The notes: generated by a model from the sequence alone, not told the origin. Shown: positions 19,032 to 28,728, counted from the first letter of the stretch. The stretch is DNA of 64,000 nt from Candidatus Nomurabacteria bacterium GW2011_GWE2_34_25 (GCA_000990325.1 LBPS01000002.1:9562-73561), one strand, 5' to 3'. Translations and numbers: made by a program.

Positions 19032-19763
19032 ATGTATAGAAATATTAAAAAAATAATAAATAATTGTAAAATATCTACAGAGAAGGGCTCCCGTTTTATT
19101 AAGTTGTATTCAACTTGTTTAAAACGCAGTCCTGAGTACTCGAAGGGCCTAACCCTTGTAGAATTGATGGTTGTTATTTCTATCTTTCTTATTATTACTG
19201 GGGTTGTAATTTTTAATTATGGTAATTTTAGCTCTACTGTTTCTCTGCAAAATCTCACAGATGATATAGCCCTATCTATCCGTAAAGCACAAGGGTTTGC
19301 TATTGGGGCTCGTGCGGCCAAAGATACAACTGGAAATCTAGATTTTAACTACAGTTATGGTATTCATTTTTCTGTAAATACAGGTGGCGCTGACTTAGAA
19401 GGGTCAAATAGATCTTTTGTATTATTTTCTTCTCCAAATAAAGAGTATAATCCGACTGGAACTGTATGTGATGGGTCTAATGAATGTGTGGAATTATTTA
19501 ATATTTTAAGTATAGATGAAATAAAAGAAATAAAAGCATATGATGCGTCTGGAAATTTAATCCCTAATTCAGAAACTTCTTCTGTTGATATTGTTTTTAC
19601 TCGCCCAAACCCCAAGGCAGATTTCTGCTACAAGAGATTGGTCAGTAGTAGTTGTGAAACTGCTTCATATGTTGAAGTTAAAATATCAAATGGCCGAGCA
19701 GGTGATGAATACAAAGAAAAAGTTATCTCAGTTCAAAATACTGGACAGATAAGTATACAATAA
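19032..19763 (+). CDS. Minor pilin / pseudopilin with prepilin-type N-terminal domain
   Basis: KG^LTLVELMVVISIF motif; unusually long leader, possible alternative TTG start at 19104. Confidence 0.7.
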   Translation: MYRNIKKIINNCKISTEKGSRFIKLYSTCLKRSPEYSKGLTLVELMVVISIFLIITGVVIFNYGNFSSTVSLQNLTDDIALSIRKAQGFAIGARAAKDTTGNLDFNYSYGIHFSVNTGGADLEGSNRSFVLFSSPNKEYNPTGTVCDGSNECVELFNILSIDEIKEIKAYDASGNLIPNSETSSVDIVFTRPNPKADFCYKRLVSSSCETASYVEVKISNGRAGDEYKEKVISVQNTGQISIQ

Positions 19764-19767
19764 TAAT

Positions 19768-20376
19768 ATGAATATTTTAAACAAATTAAAAAAGAATAAG
19801 GAAGGATTTACTCTAATAGAACTTATGGTTGCTACAAGTTTATTTACAATTGTCATGCTTATGGGAGTTGGAGCCCTTGTTACTTCTTCAAACTCATCAA
19901 AATCTGCTCAAAAATTGAGAATTGCTGTAGATAATGTAAATCTTGCTATGGAAACTATGACGCGTGAACTTCGTACAGGGACTCATTTTTATTGTGGGGG
20001 GAATATGACTCCTTACTTTGTGGGAGATTGTCCCGCCGGAACTTTTGGTGATATTATTACTTTTAACCCACAACAAGTGGGAGTAAATCCACCATCGAGG
20101 GTTGGATATTATTTGAAGAAAAGAGTAGTCAATGGAGTTGATCAAGGAACCTTTACCCTACAGAGATGTGAGGTATTTGCTACTAATTGTTCGGATATAG
20201 TTTCATCAAATGTTAATGTAACGAAACTCAAGTTTTATGTTAAAGGATCAGAACTTCCTCCTACGGATACCATTCAACCTTCTGTTGAAATTTTGATGAA
20301 TGGAGTTGTAAAAATAAAAGGCAAAGAGGTACCATTCACACTTCAATCAATGGCTACACAAAGGTCATCAGAATAA
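19768..20376 (+). CDS. Minor pilin (PilV/FimT-like)
   Basis: KEG^FTLIELMVATSLF prepilin motif. Confidence 0.8.
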   Translation: MNILNKLKKNKEGFTLIELMVATSLFTIVMLMGVGALVTSSNSSKSAQKLRIAVDNVNLAMETMTRELRTGTHFYCGGNMTPYFVGDCPAGTFGDIITFNPQQVGVNPPSRVGYYLKKRVVNGVDQGTFTLQRCEVFATNCSDIVSSNVNVTKLKFYVKGSELPPTDTIQPSVEILMNGVVKIKGKEVPFTLQSMATQRSSE

Positions 20377-20450
20377 TAGGGCTTTACCCCCACACCAAAT
20401 TTAGTGTTATTGTGTAGTATTTCAAACAGTTTTAATATAATATTTAATAT

Positions 20451-21110
20451 ATGAAGATCAAATTTTTTACAAATTTAATAAAGCGACACAATAAAAATAC
20501 GACACTAAATTTAGTGTCGGGGTTTACTATTATCGAAGCACTCGTAGCGGTATTCATTTTGTCCGTTTCAGTTGCTTCAATGTTGGGTGTTACTGCAACC
20601 AGTGCCTCTCATGCTAGATATGTAAACAATGAAATAACAGCCAACTATCTTTTGCAGGAAGCTATTGACTCAATACGCAATAGTCGCGATACTATAGCAT
20701 TTCAAATGAAAGATGATTTAGTTAATGGAGGTTGGAATAATTTCTTAAAGAGATATGGATATGATATTAGTAATGGAGCTAAAACTAAATGTTTTTCTGA
20801 TAAAGGTTGTTATTTGGAAATAGACAAATTTGAAGCCAAAAACTTATCCAGTCCTGACATTTCTGAGTGTGATACAGCAGGATGTAAATCTTTAAGCTAT
20901 GATCCTACTTTAACTTCTTCACTTTTCTATTATTATAGTACAGACAACACTAATCTCAGCTTTTTTAATCGAAAGATAATTATGGTTATAAACCCTACCA
21001 ATCCTGATGAAGTTAAAGTTACTGCAAAAGTAGAATGGAGGAATGTTGATTATACTTCAAACACAAAGACTCAAGAGTTATCAATCAGTCTTTTAAATTG
21101 GCAAAATTAA
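20451..21110 (+). CDS. Minor pilin (PilW/PilE-like)
   Basis: SG^FTIIEALVAVFIL prepilin motif after a 23-aa leader. Confidence 0.65.
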   Translation: MKIKFFTNLIKRHNKNTTLNLVSGFTIIEALVAVFILSVSVASMLGVTATSASHARYVNNEITANYLLQEAIDSIRNSRDTIAFQMKDDLVNGGWNNFLKRYGYDISNGAKTKCFSDKGCYLEIDKFEAKNLSSPDISECDTAGCKSLSYDPTLTSSLFYYYSTDNTNLSFFNRKIIMVINPTNPDEVKVTAKVEWRNVDYTSNTKTQELSISLLNWQN

Positions 21111-21572
21111 ATGAAAACAAAAAATAGAAAAATAAATAATGGAGGGTATGCAATATTATTTACAGTAGTAATTGTGGGTATTATTACTGCCATTACTATT
21201 GGATTGTCTACTTCTGCATACAAACAAGCTATTCTTTCTTCTGTCGCAAGAGATTCAACAACGGCTTTTTATCAAGCCGATATAGGGTCTGAATGTGCTT
21301 TATATGCCGAAAAAGTTCAAGTACTAGATCCTAATAATACGAATACTACATTTACATGTGCGGGTACCACATTAGATTTTAACAGTCCTAGTGCAAATCA
21401 ATACACGTTATACCCACAAGATGAAACATCACTTTCTAAATGTTTTCGTATTGATGTTAATAAAGATATATCATTGGGTCCTATTTCGACCGAGATAGTG
21501 ACAAGAGGGTACAATAAATGCAAAAAAGATAATATCAGGACTGTTGAACGTGGAATTAAAATTACATATTAA
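21111..21572 (+). CDS. PilX-like minor pilin
   Basis: NGG^YAILFTVVIVGIITAI N-terminal hydrophobic helix; position at end of minor-pilin operon. Confidence 0.5.
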   Translation: MKTKNRKINNGGYAILFTVVIVGIITAITIGLSTSAYKQAILSSVARDSTTAFYQADIGSECALYAEKVQVLDPNNTNTTFTCAGTTLDFNSPSANQYTLYPQDETSLSKCFRIDVNKDISLGPISTEIVTRGYNKCKKDNIRTVERGIKITY

Positions 21573-21575
21573 AAA

Positions 21576-23588
21576 ATGGAAGATCTAAAAATAAAAAATC
21601 GAATATTGAAACTTCGGGAGGAGATTTCGAGATTACGAAATGAATATCATGTAAAGAATAATCCAAAAGTGACAGATGACGTCTATGAATCCCTGACTCG
21701 TGAGCTGGATGGACTTGAAAGTAAATATCCAGAATTTGCAGACGAGAATAGTGCTGTCCGTAGAGTTGCTGGAGTGCCTTTGTCAAAATTTAAGAAAGTA
21801 AAACATGAGAGTAGGATGCTTTCGATGAATGATACTTTTTCATATGACGAAGTGAAAGAATGGGAAACTCGTATATCTAAACTTTTAAATAAAAAGCACT
21901 CATATTTTTGCGAAGTAAAGTTTGATGGTTTGTCAGCCTCTCTTATTTATAAAGATGGGGCTTTTGTAGAAGGTTCAACGAGGGGTGATGGATATATAGG
22001 GGAGGATGTCACAGAGAATTTAAAAATGATAAATAGCATTCCTCTTAAGTTAACCCCTCCGTATCCTTCTCATCTAGAAGTTCATGGAGAAGTATTAATG
22101 CCCAAAAAAGTTTGGATTGCTCTAAATAAAATACAAGAACGTGAAGGGAAGCCAACTTTTGCCAATACTCGCAATGCCGCCGCCGGCTCTCTTCGTCAGC
22201 TAGACCCCAAAATTGTTCAAGAAAGGAAATTAGACTTTTTCCCTTGGGATTTAGCTTCTATTGAATATAATGGTAAAAAATTAGAGATTAAAAATCATTC
22301 CGATAAACATAAAATTTTAAGAGATTTAGGATTTTTTCTAGATCCTCATGAAAAAAAAGCCCAAGATTTAAAAGAGGTATTTTCTTTTATTGAAGATATT
22401 GGGAAAATTCGAGCCGATTTACCTTATGGCTCAGACGGTGTTGCTATCTCTGTCGATGAATTAGACTTACAAGAGAAATTGGGAATAGTTGGAAAAGCTC
22501 CTCGTTATATGACAGCTTTTAAATATCCAGCCGAAAGAGCGACAACTATTGTGACAAATATTACGGTGAGTGTAGGGCGTACCGGAGTTTTGACTCCGGT
22601 GGCACATTTCAATTCTACTTTTGTTGCAGGTTCAAGTGTATCAAAAGCAACATTGCACAATATGGATCAAATAGAAAGACTTGATATTCGCATAGGTGAT
22701 ACGATTGTTATTCAAAAGGCGGGGGATGTTATTCCAGAGGTAGTAGAAGTTCTGACTAAGATGAGAGGTGGTAAAGAAAAGAAATTTAAAATGCCAAGTA
22801 TTTGTCCGATGTGTGAATATAAGGTAGAGCAAAGAAAAGCTGGACTCGCAGGAAACTCCTCATCTGTCGCCTTTTACTGTACAAATAAAAATTGCCCAGC
22901 CAGAAACAGTAGAGGGATGCAACACTTTGTAAATGCTTTTGAGATTTATGAGATCGGCCCAAAAATTATTGATAGATTAAAAGAAGAAGGACTTATCGGA
23001 GATAGTGCTGACTTATTTACACTAGAAAGTGCCGACCTTTCCGGATTGGAAAGATTTGGAGAAAAATCAGCCGATAATATTATAAATTCTATAGAAGAAC
23101 ACAAAAAAGTTCTATTTTGGCGGTTTATTTACGCTCTTGGTATTATTCACGTCGGAGAACAAACAGCTCGAGATTTGGCAAATCATTTCCATAATCTAAA
23201 AAACCTAATGAGTGTAAGCATAGAGGATATAAATAATATAGAGAACATTGGACCAATCGTTTCGGAGAGTGTCTTTAATTATTTTCATGATAAAAGTAAT
23301 TTACATTTCATAGAAAAGCTTTTAGTAAATGGAGTTTCTATTATTGAAGAAAAGAAAAAGACAGGAAATCTAACTGGTAAGATTTTTGTTCTGACTGGTA
23401 CACTTCCAACCCTTTCTCGTGAAGATGCCAAAAAGAAAATAATAGAAAATGGAGGGAAGGTTTCTTCTTTGGTTTCCATTAAGACAGACTATGTGTTAGT
23501 GGGTGTTGAAGCTGGTAGTAAATACAAAGAGGCACAAAAACTTGGTATAAAAATTATAACAGAGTCCGAATTTCTGAAAATGCTATAA
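21576..23588 (+). CDS. ligA: NAD-dependent DNA ligase LigA
   Basis: Adenylation motif KFDG (EVKFDGLS), OB fold, Zn finger CxxC...CxxC, HhH and BRCT regions. Confidence 0.95.
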   Translation: MEDLKIKNRILKLREEISRLRNEYHVKNNPKVTDDVYESLTRELDGLESKYPEFADENSAVRRVAGVPLSKFKKVKHESRMLSMNDTFSYDEVKEWETRISKLLNKKHSYFCEVKFDGLSASLIYKDGAFVEGSTRGDGYIGEDVTENLKMINSIPLKLTPPYPSHLEVHGEVLMPKKVWIALNKIQEREGKPTFANTRNAAAGSLRQLDPKIVQERKLDFFPWDLASIEYNGKKLEIKNHSDKHKILRDLGFFLDPHEKKAQDLKEVFSFIEDIGKIRADLPYGSDGVAISVDELDLQEKLGIVGKAPRYMTAFKYPAERATTIVTNITVSVGRTGVLTPVAHFNSTFVAGSSVSKATLHNMDQIERLDIRIGDTIVIQKAGDVIPEVVEVLTKMRGGKEKKFKMPSICPMCEYKVEQRKAGLAGNSSSVAFYCTNKNCPARNSRGMQHFVNAFEIYEIGPKIIDRLKEEGLIGDSADLFTLESADLSGLERFGEKSADNIINSIEEHKKVLFWRFIYALGIIHVGEQTARDLANHFHNLKNLMSVSIEDINNIENIGPIVSESVFNYFHDKSNLHFIEKLLVNGVSIIEEKKKTGNLTGKIFVLTGTLPTLSREDAKKKIIENGGKVSSLVSIKTDYVLVGVEAGSKYKEAQKLGIKIITESEFLKML

Positions 23589-23606
23589 ATATGTTATTCT
23601 CTAATT

Positions 23607-23906
23607 ATGACCTTAGAAGATATTAAAAAATTAGCAAATCTGGCTCGTATAGATATGGAGGAAGTTGAAATGGGAGAAATTGCCAAGGATTTTGATGCTA
23701 TTTTGGCGTATGTTGGACAAGTGCAAGAAGCTGCTATGGAAGGTGGTACTAGAGGAGAAGTTTCAAAAGTATCCGAAAGTTATCCTTTATATAACATAAT
23801 GAGAGAAGATGTTGTCACAAATAAAGAAGAAGAATTTACGGATAAGATTATGAAACTTGCCCCAAATACTGAGAATGGATATCTTAAAGTAAAACAAATA
23901 TTATGA
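23607..23906 (+). CDS. gatC: Asp-tRNA(Asn)/Glu-tRNA(Gln) amidotransferase subunit C
   Basis: 99 aa; LANLARI...DILAYV pattern; immediately upstream of gatA with a 4-nt overlap. Confidence 0.8.
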   Translation: MTLEDIKKLANLARIDMEEVEMGEIAKDFDAILAYVGQVQEAAMEGGTRGEVSKVSESYPLYNIMREDVVTNKEEEFTDKIMKLAPNTENGYLKVKQIL

Positions 23907-25321
23907 TTGATTTAAAAAGTTTAACAATAGAAAATACACATAATCATTTTAAGAATGGTGATTTTACTATTAGAGAATTAGTAGATGAATATCTAAAAGT
24001 AATTAAAAATAATAATGAAAGAATAAATGCGTACTTAGAAGTCTATGATGATATAGATGAACAGATAAAAAAAGCAGAGGAAATGTTTAAGGGTGGTACT
24101 GCCACCATCTTGACGGGGATACCTTTTTCATTAAAAGATAACATTTTGATGGAAGGGCACATTGCTTCATCTTCTTCAAAAATTTTAGAAAATCACGTAG
24201 CTACTTACGATTCTTTTGTTGTAGCAAAATTAAAAAAAGAAGGTGTAATATTTCTAGGTAGAACAAATATGGATGAATTTGCAATGGGAAGTTCTACTCA
24301 GACGAGTGCTTATGGAATAACCCGAAATCCACTAGATGAATCTCGGGTTCCTGGTGGTTCTTCGGGTGGTCCTGCTGCATCTGTAGCAGGGGATATGGCT
24401 CTTGTAGCTTTAGGAACCGAGACTTGTGGTTCTATTAGACAGCCTGCTGCTTTTTGTGGGCTTGTGGGCTTAAAACCAACATATGGAATGATTTCTCGTT
24501 CTGGAGTTATTTCTTTGGCTAGTTCTTTAGATCAAGTTAGTCCTCTGGGTAGAACTGTAAAGGATACAGAAATTATTTTTAATGCGATGTCATTTCATGA
24601 TGAGAAAGATAGTACTTCTATTCCAAACGAAATGAGAATAATAAAAGATAAAACAATACAAAAAAGGATTGGTATTCCTAGAAAGTTTTTATCAGGAGAA
24701 GGTATTGATAAAGAAGTAATGAAAAATTTCGAAGAAAGTTGTGATAAATTGAAAAAAGCAGGTTACGAATTAGTGGATGTAGACTTACCCTCCATAAAAT
24801 ATTCTCTTGCTGTTTATCATGTGCTTATGCAAGCTGAAGCCTCAAGTAATCTAGCTCGCTTTGATGGTATAAGATATGGAAGAAGTGTTGAGAGTGACAA
24901 GCTTTATGATGTTTATGCAAAGAGTAGAGGAAGTGGTTTTGGTAAAGAGACTCGTAGAAGAGTATTACTTGGGACGTATATTTTGTCTCATGGGTACTAT
25001 GACGCTTATTATAATTCAGCATTAAAAGTTAGACAGATGATTAAAGATGAACTGACAAGCTTTTTTAAAGATTTTGATGTATTTATGACACCAACTGTAC
25101 CTTTTTTGCCATTTAAACTTGGCGAGAAATTAGATGATCCTATTGGTATGTATTTGTCAGATTTATTTTCTGCCCCTGCTAATTTAGCAGATATTCCTTC
25201 AATAGCGATTCCTTCTGGCAAATCAGAAAGTGGATTACCCTTTAGTATTCAATTTACCGCCCCTTACTTACGTGAAGATATCCTCTTTACTATTGGGAAA
25301 GAATTTGAAAAACTAGTATAA
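23903..25321 (+). CDS. gatA: Asp-tRNA(Asn)/Glu-tRNA(Gln) amidotransferase subunit A
   Basis: Amidase signature GGSSGGPAASVA with catalytic Ser-cisSer-Lys context. Confidence 0.9.
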   Translation: MIDLKSLTIENTHNHFKNGDFTIRELVDEYLKVIKNNNERINAYLEVYDDIDEQIKKAEEMFKGGTATILTGIPFSLKDNILMEGHIASSSSKILENHVATYDSFVVAKLKKEGVIFLGRTNMDEFAMGSSTQTSAYGITRNPLDESRVPGGSSGGPAASVAGDMALVALGTETCGSIRQPAAFCGLVGLKPTYGMISRSGVISLASSLDQVSPLGRTVKDTEIIFNAMSFHDEKDSTSIPNEMRIIKDKTIQKRIGIPRKFLSGEGIDKEVMKNFEESCDKLKKAGYELVDVDLPSIKYSLAVYHVLMQAEASSNLARFDGIRYGRSVESDKLYDVYAKSRGSGFGKETRRRVLLGTYILSHGYYDAYYNSALKVRQMIKDELTSFFKDFDVFMTPTVPFLPFKLGEKLDDPIGMYLSDLFSAPANLADIPSIAIPSGKSESGLPFSIQFTAPYLREDILFTIGKEFEKLV

Positions 25322-25330
25322 TAACAAAGT

Positions 25331-25945
25331 ATGCAACCAACAACTGTTGTACAAACAATAAATCAAAAGCCTATCTTTGATCCGACATATTTAAACATGG
25401 AGTATGTTTTTGATAAAATAGCAAATTCTATAAATCCAATTATTTCAGCTATTACCGATGTAAATACATGGCAGACTATTGGAATAATATCAGTTCTCAT
25501 ATCAATACTTGCTCTTTTTGTAATAATTTTTTCACTTGTTCGAATGTATGAGATACAAGTCTTCGATAGGGAAGAAATTGAACACGAGATTAATCATGCT
25601 TTGGCAAAAGATAAGGAAATGGAAAGACTTTTAAATCCAAAATGGAAATACATCCTTACTTTAATTGAAAGTCCAAATGAATCTGATTGGCGAATTGCAG
25701 TAATGGAATCGGATTCTCTTCTTGAAGAAAGTTTCAAAGAACGTGGGCTCATCGGGAGTACAATGTCGGATCTATTAGAAGAGGCAAAGCTAAACGGCTA
25801 TCCGGGTATCCAGGGGGCTTGGGATGCGCATCTGATTCGTAATAAAATCGCTCATGAAGGGTTAGATTATCCTTTTACACAAATAGAGGCGCGTCGCGTC
25901 GTAAAGTTATATCAAAATGTTTTTGAAGGATTAGGAGTAATTTAA
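25331..25945 (+). CDS. Hypothetical membrane protein
   Basis: 204 aa, one TM. Confidence 0.45.
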   Translation: MQPTTVVQTINQKPIFDPTYLNMEYVFDKIANSINPIISAITDVNTWQTIGIISVLISILALFVIIFSLVRMYEIQVFDREEIEHEINHALAKDKEMERLLNPKWKYILTLIESPNESDWRIAVMESDSLLEESFKERGLIGSTMSDLLEEAKLNGYPGIQGAWDAHLIRNKIAHEGLDYPFTQIEARRVVKLYQNVFEGLGVI

Positions 25946-25971
25946 AAAGAGTAGCTAAAGCTACTCTTTTT
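25944..25971. terminator. Terminator hairpin (AAAAA-GAGTAGC-taaa-GCTACTC-TTTTT)
   Basis: Stem flanked by A-run and T-run. Confidence 0.55.
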
Positions 25972-25977
25972 AAATTG

Positions 25978-26051
25978 CGCGGTCGACCGGACTTGAACCG
26001 GCAACCTCTCACGTGACAGGCGAGTGCTCTAACCAGTTGAGCTACGACCGC
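25978..26051 (-). tRNA. tRNA-Asp (anticodon GTC)
   Basis: Acceptor GCGGTCG/CGACCGC, anticodon loop CTGTCAC, T-loop TTCAAGT, discriminator G. Confidence 0.85.
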
Positions 26052-26099
26052 ATTTTTAAAACATAACATAAAATAGAAAATAATTCCATTTTATTGTGT

Positions 26100-26175
26100 C
26101 GATGGGAGGGCTCGAACCTCCGACCTTGGGCTTATGAGTCCCACGCTCCAGATTCTTCTTCGGGTTCATGGACAT
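26100..26175 (-). pseudogene. Degenerate tRNA-like sequence (CAT anticodon loop CTCATAA, good T-arm GGAGG-TTCGAGC-CCTCC, no foldable D-arm or acceptor)
   Basis: 3' half folds as tRNA; 5' half has only GTCCATG as a 6/7 acceptor match and no D-stem. Confidence 0.4.
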
Positions 26176-26202
26176 GTTTTTGGTATGTCACTTACCGAAT
26201 TG

Positions 26203-26273
26203 TTGCGGGAGGTCGAATCGAACGACCGTCTTAAGGTTATGAGCCTTACGAGATACCATTTCTCTATCCCGCT
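26203..26273 (-). tRNA. tRNA-Met (anticodon CAT), initiator-like (1-72 mismatch, A11:U24)
   Basis: Acceptor AGCGGGA/TCCCGCA with A1·A72 mismatch, D-arm GAG-AAATGGTAT-CTC, anticodon stem TAAGG/CCTTA with loop CTCATAA, T-arm GGTCG-TTCGATT-CGACC. Confidence 0.75.
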
Positions 26274-26347
26274 ATATAATATTAAATTTTACAAACATCT
26301 ATTTTTTCAAAGACTCATAACCGGTTATTCGCGCTATTAGTCCTTTC

Positions 26348-26378
26348 GGAGATACAATTTCTCTATCCCGCTATATAT
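26348..26378 (-). repeat. Partial duplicate of the tRNA-Met 5' end plus 7 nt of 5' flank (30/31 nt identical to 26250-26280), continuing into a decayed tRNA copy
   Basis: gagatacaatttctctatcccgctatata versus gagataccatttctctatcccgctatata. Confidence 0.7.
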
Positions 26379-26556
26379 TTAAACGTATCAAGAACGTTTA
26401 TCTTACTTAAGAAAAAAACCTTAATAAAGGCTTATAACACTGTTACTAGCTCTTTCTCTCAATATTTAAGTATAATAACCCGAATTAATAATTTTTGCAA
26501 TGATTGAAAATAAGCTTATTCTATAGTATTCTTAGGTAGTTAGTTTTTTTATTGTA

Positions 26557-26628
26557 GCCGTCATAGCTTAGTGGTAAAGCACTGTCTTGGTAAGACAGAG
26601 ACCGTGAGTCCGATTCTCACTGACGGCT
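26557..26628 (+). tRNA. tRNA-Thr (anticodon GGT)
   Basis: Acceptor GCCGTCA/TGACGGC, anticodon stem CTGTC/GACAG with loop TTGGTAA, T-arm GTGAG-TCCGATT-CTCAC. Confidence 0.85.
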
Positions 26629-26664
26629 CCGCAATTAAAGCCACATCGTTTTTAGCGAAATTTT

Positions 26665-26688
26665 GGCGGGCGGAGCGAAGCTCCGCCC
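26665..26688. other. Isolated GC-rich hairpin (GGGCGGAGC-gaa-GCTCCGCCC, 9-bp stem) at the island boundary; no T-run
   Basis: Conspicuous GC-only stem in an AT-rich spacer. Confidence 0.5.
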
Positions 26689-26773
26689 AAGGATTTAAAG
26701 GATTTCCATATGCTTTTTGTTTTTGGAGGGTGAGTTTTAAGTTTACTCATTAAAATATGTAAATTATGTTAAT

Positions 26774-27628
26774 ATGTATTTATATATGAAGACAGAAATA
26801 ATAAAATCACATATAAGCAACTTTGAATCAAATTCACACAAGACCAGTGAGGGAGTTGAATTCTGGCTTGCTCGTGATTTACAAGAGCTTTTAGGATATG
26901 ACAAGTGGGATAATTTCATAAAAGTTATATCAAAAGCTAAAATAGCTTGTGAAAATAGCAAACAAGTAGTTTCTGACCATTTTGCCGACGTCGGGAAAAT
27001 GGTTAAACTTGGTTCAGGAAGCGAGCGGGAAATTGCAGATATAATGCTTACTAGATATGCTTCTTATTTGGTAGCTCAAAATGGTGATTCTAAAAAAGAG
27101 GAAATTTCTTTTGCTCAAAATTATTTTGCAGTGCAAACAAGAAAGTTTGAAATTATAGAAAAACGAATACAAGAATTTGAACGAGTTACTGCTAGGCAAA
27201 AATTAACAGAAACTGAAAAAGAATTATCAGGTATTATTTATCAACAAACTGGCAGTGATAAGAATTTTGGATTGATTAGAAGTAAAGGGGATAAAGCCTT
27301 GTTTGGTTTTACAACTGGAGAAATGAAAAAGCGACTTGGTGTTCCGGAAGGTCGAGCACTTGCTGATTTTCAGCCAACAATTATTTTGAAAGCAAAAGAT
27401 TTTGCAACAGAAATCACTATTTTCAATTCAAAGAACAAAAATTTAAAAACAGAACAAGCTATTTCAGAAGAACATATTACAAATAATCGTAGTGTCAGAA
27501 AAACACTCATTGGTCGTGGAATTATTCCAGAGAGACTTCCAAAAGAAGAAGATATCAAAAAGATTGAACGAAAACTAAAATCTGATGAAAAGAAAGGCTT
27601 GAAAAAGGTAGATAAGCTTGGAAAATAA
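26774..27628 (+). CDS. DinD-like protein (DNA-damage-inducible protein D family)
   Basis: Matches E. coli DinD as recalled from memory: EFWLARDLQELLGY..W.NF.KV..KA..AC..S.....DHF.....KMV.LGSG.EREI.D..LTRYA.YLV.QNGD. Confidence 0.75.
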   Translation: MYLYMKTEIIKSHISNFESNSHKTSEGVEFWLARDLQELLGYDKWDNFIKVISKAKIACENSKQVVSDHFADVGKMVKLGSGSEREIADIMLTRYASYLVAQNGDSKKEEISFAQNYFAVQTRKFEIIEKRIQEFERVTARQKLTETEKELSGIIYQQTGSDKNFGLIRSKGDKALFGFTTGEMKKRLGVPEGRALADFQPTIILKAKDFATEITIFNSKNKNLKTEQAISEEHITNNRSVRKTLIGRGIIPERLPKEEDIKKIERKLKSDEKKGLKKVDKLGK

Positions 27629-27631
27629 TGT

Positions 27632-28399
27632 ATGAACCTAACTTTCAAAATAGAAATAGCCGATAAGTATATAAGCTATTCTCAAAAAGCACGCGTATTA
27701 ACTGAAGATTGGGTATTGAGTGAAATATATTGCCCGAGTTGTGGTAATAGTATTTATGATTATGATAACAATAAACCTGTCGCAGATTTTTACTGTAAAA
27801 GATGCTCAGAAGATTTCGAATTAAAATCTAAAAAAGGAAAGATTGGTAAAAAAGTTTCTGCTGGAGCTTATTCTCAGATGATAAAGAGAATTAATTCGTC
27901 CCAAAAACCGAATTTCTTTTTTATGGGGTACATGGTCGAAATGTGGAATGTGAATGATTTTTTTGTTATTCCAAAACACTTTTTTGTATCAGAAATTATT
28001 GAAGAAAGAAAACCGCTTACAGAAAGTGCCAGACGAGCTGGCTGGGTTGGTTCAAATATACTATTTTCAAAAATACCAAAAGCGGGGCAAATTTTTTATG
28101 TTGAAAACGGGAAAGAGCTAGAGAAAAAAGATGTTTTGGAAAAATGGCAGAAAACAGTATTTCTAAAGCAAATTAAAAAAGCTGATGCCAAAGGTTGGAT
28201 TTTGGATATTATGAACTGCATTGATGCTTTAAATAAGAAAGAGTTTATACTACAAGATGTCTATGATTTTGAAAAAGATTTATCTGTTATTCACCCTGAA
28301 AACAAAAATATAAAGCCGAAAATCAGACAGCAATTACAATTTTTGAGAGATAAAGGTTATCTTGAATTTATTGAGGCTGGGAAGTATCGACTTAAGTAG
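27632..28399 (+). CDS. DpnI-like methyl-directed (G-m6A-TC) type II restriction endonuclease
   Basis: Collinear with S. pneumoniae DpnI as recalled: SQKARVLTEDWV...YCPSCGN...PVADFYCKRCSEDFELKSKKG...NFFFMGY...RKPL...ARRAGWVGSNI...IRQQLQFLRDKG. Confidence 0.8.
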   Translation: MNLTFKIEIADKYISYSQKARVLTEDWVLSEIYCPSCGNSIYDYDNNKPVADFYCKRCSEDFELKSKKGKIGKKVSAGAYSQMIKRINSSQKPNFFFMGYMVEMWNVNDFFVIPKHFFVSEIIEERKPLTESARRAGWVGSNILFSKIPKAGQIFYVENGKELEKKDVLEKWQKTVFLKQIKKADAKGWILDIMNCIDALNKKEFILQDVYDFEKDLSVIHPENKNIKPKIRQQLQFLRDKGYLEFIEAGKYRLK

Positions 28400-28435
28400 T
28401 TGACTTTATTTTTTATTTGATCAAGGATATAGTAT

Positions 28436-28627
28436 ATGAATACAAAATTACAATTATTAGAAAAAGAAATAGAAGTGTTGGCGAACAATTACAGGACTGA
28501 TTGGAAGGAGGACTTATGGGAAAGTGAAAAAATTGAGGAATACGGTTTAAACGAATTTATTGGTGGTAAAGCAGATGCTTACGAAGATTGTTTAGATTTA
28601 ATTAAAAAATGTATACAAACTAGCTAA
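28436..28627 (+). CDS. Small acidic hypothetical protein (63 aa)
   Basis: ORF track only. Confidence 0.3.
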   Translation: MNTKLQLLEKEIEVLANNYRTDWKEDLWESEKIEEYGLNEFIGGKADAYEDCLDLIKKCIQTS

Positions 28628-28652
28628 CCAATGGTATTCAGTAAGAGTTTTA

Positions 28653-28728
28653 GCCATCCTAGCTCATCTGGTAGAGCAATTCATTCGTAATGAATAGGTG
28701 CCGAGTTCGAGACTCGGGGATGGCTCCA
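28653..28728 (+). tRNA. tRNA-Thr (anticodon CGT), CCA encoded
   Basis: Acceptor GCCATCC/GGATGGC, anticodon stem ATTCA/TGAAT with loop TTCGTAA, T-arm CCGAG-TTCGAGA-CTCGG. Confidence 0.85.

Noticed and set aside
26134-26340. 68-aa plus-strand ORF in the ORF track
   Set aside because: It lies across the tRNA-Met gene and tRNA-like remnants on the opposite strand; spurious.
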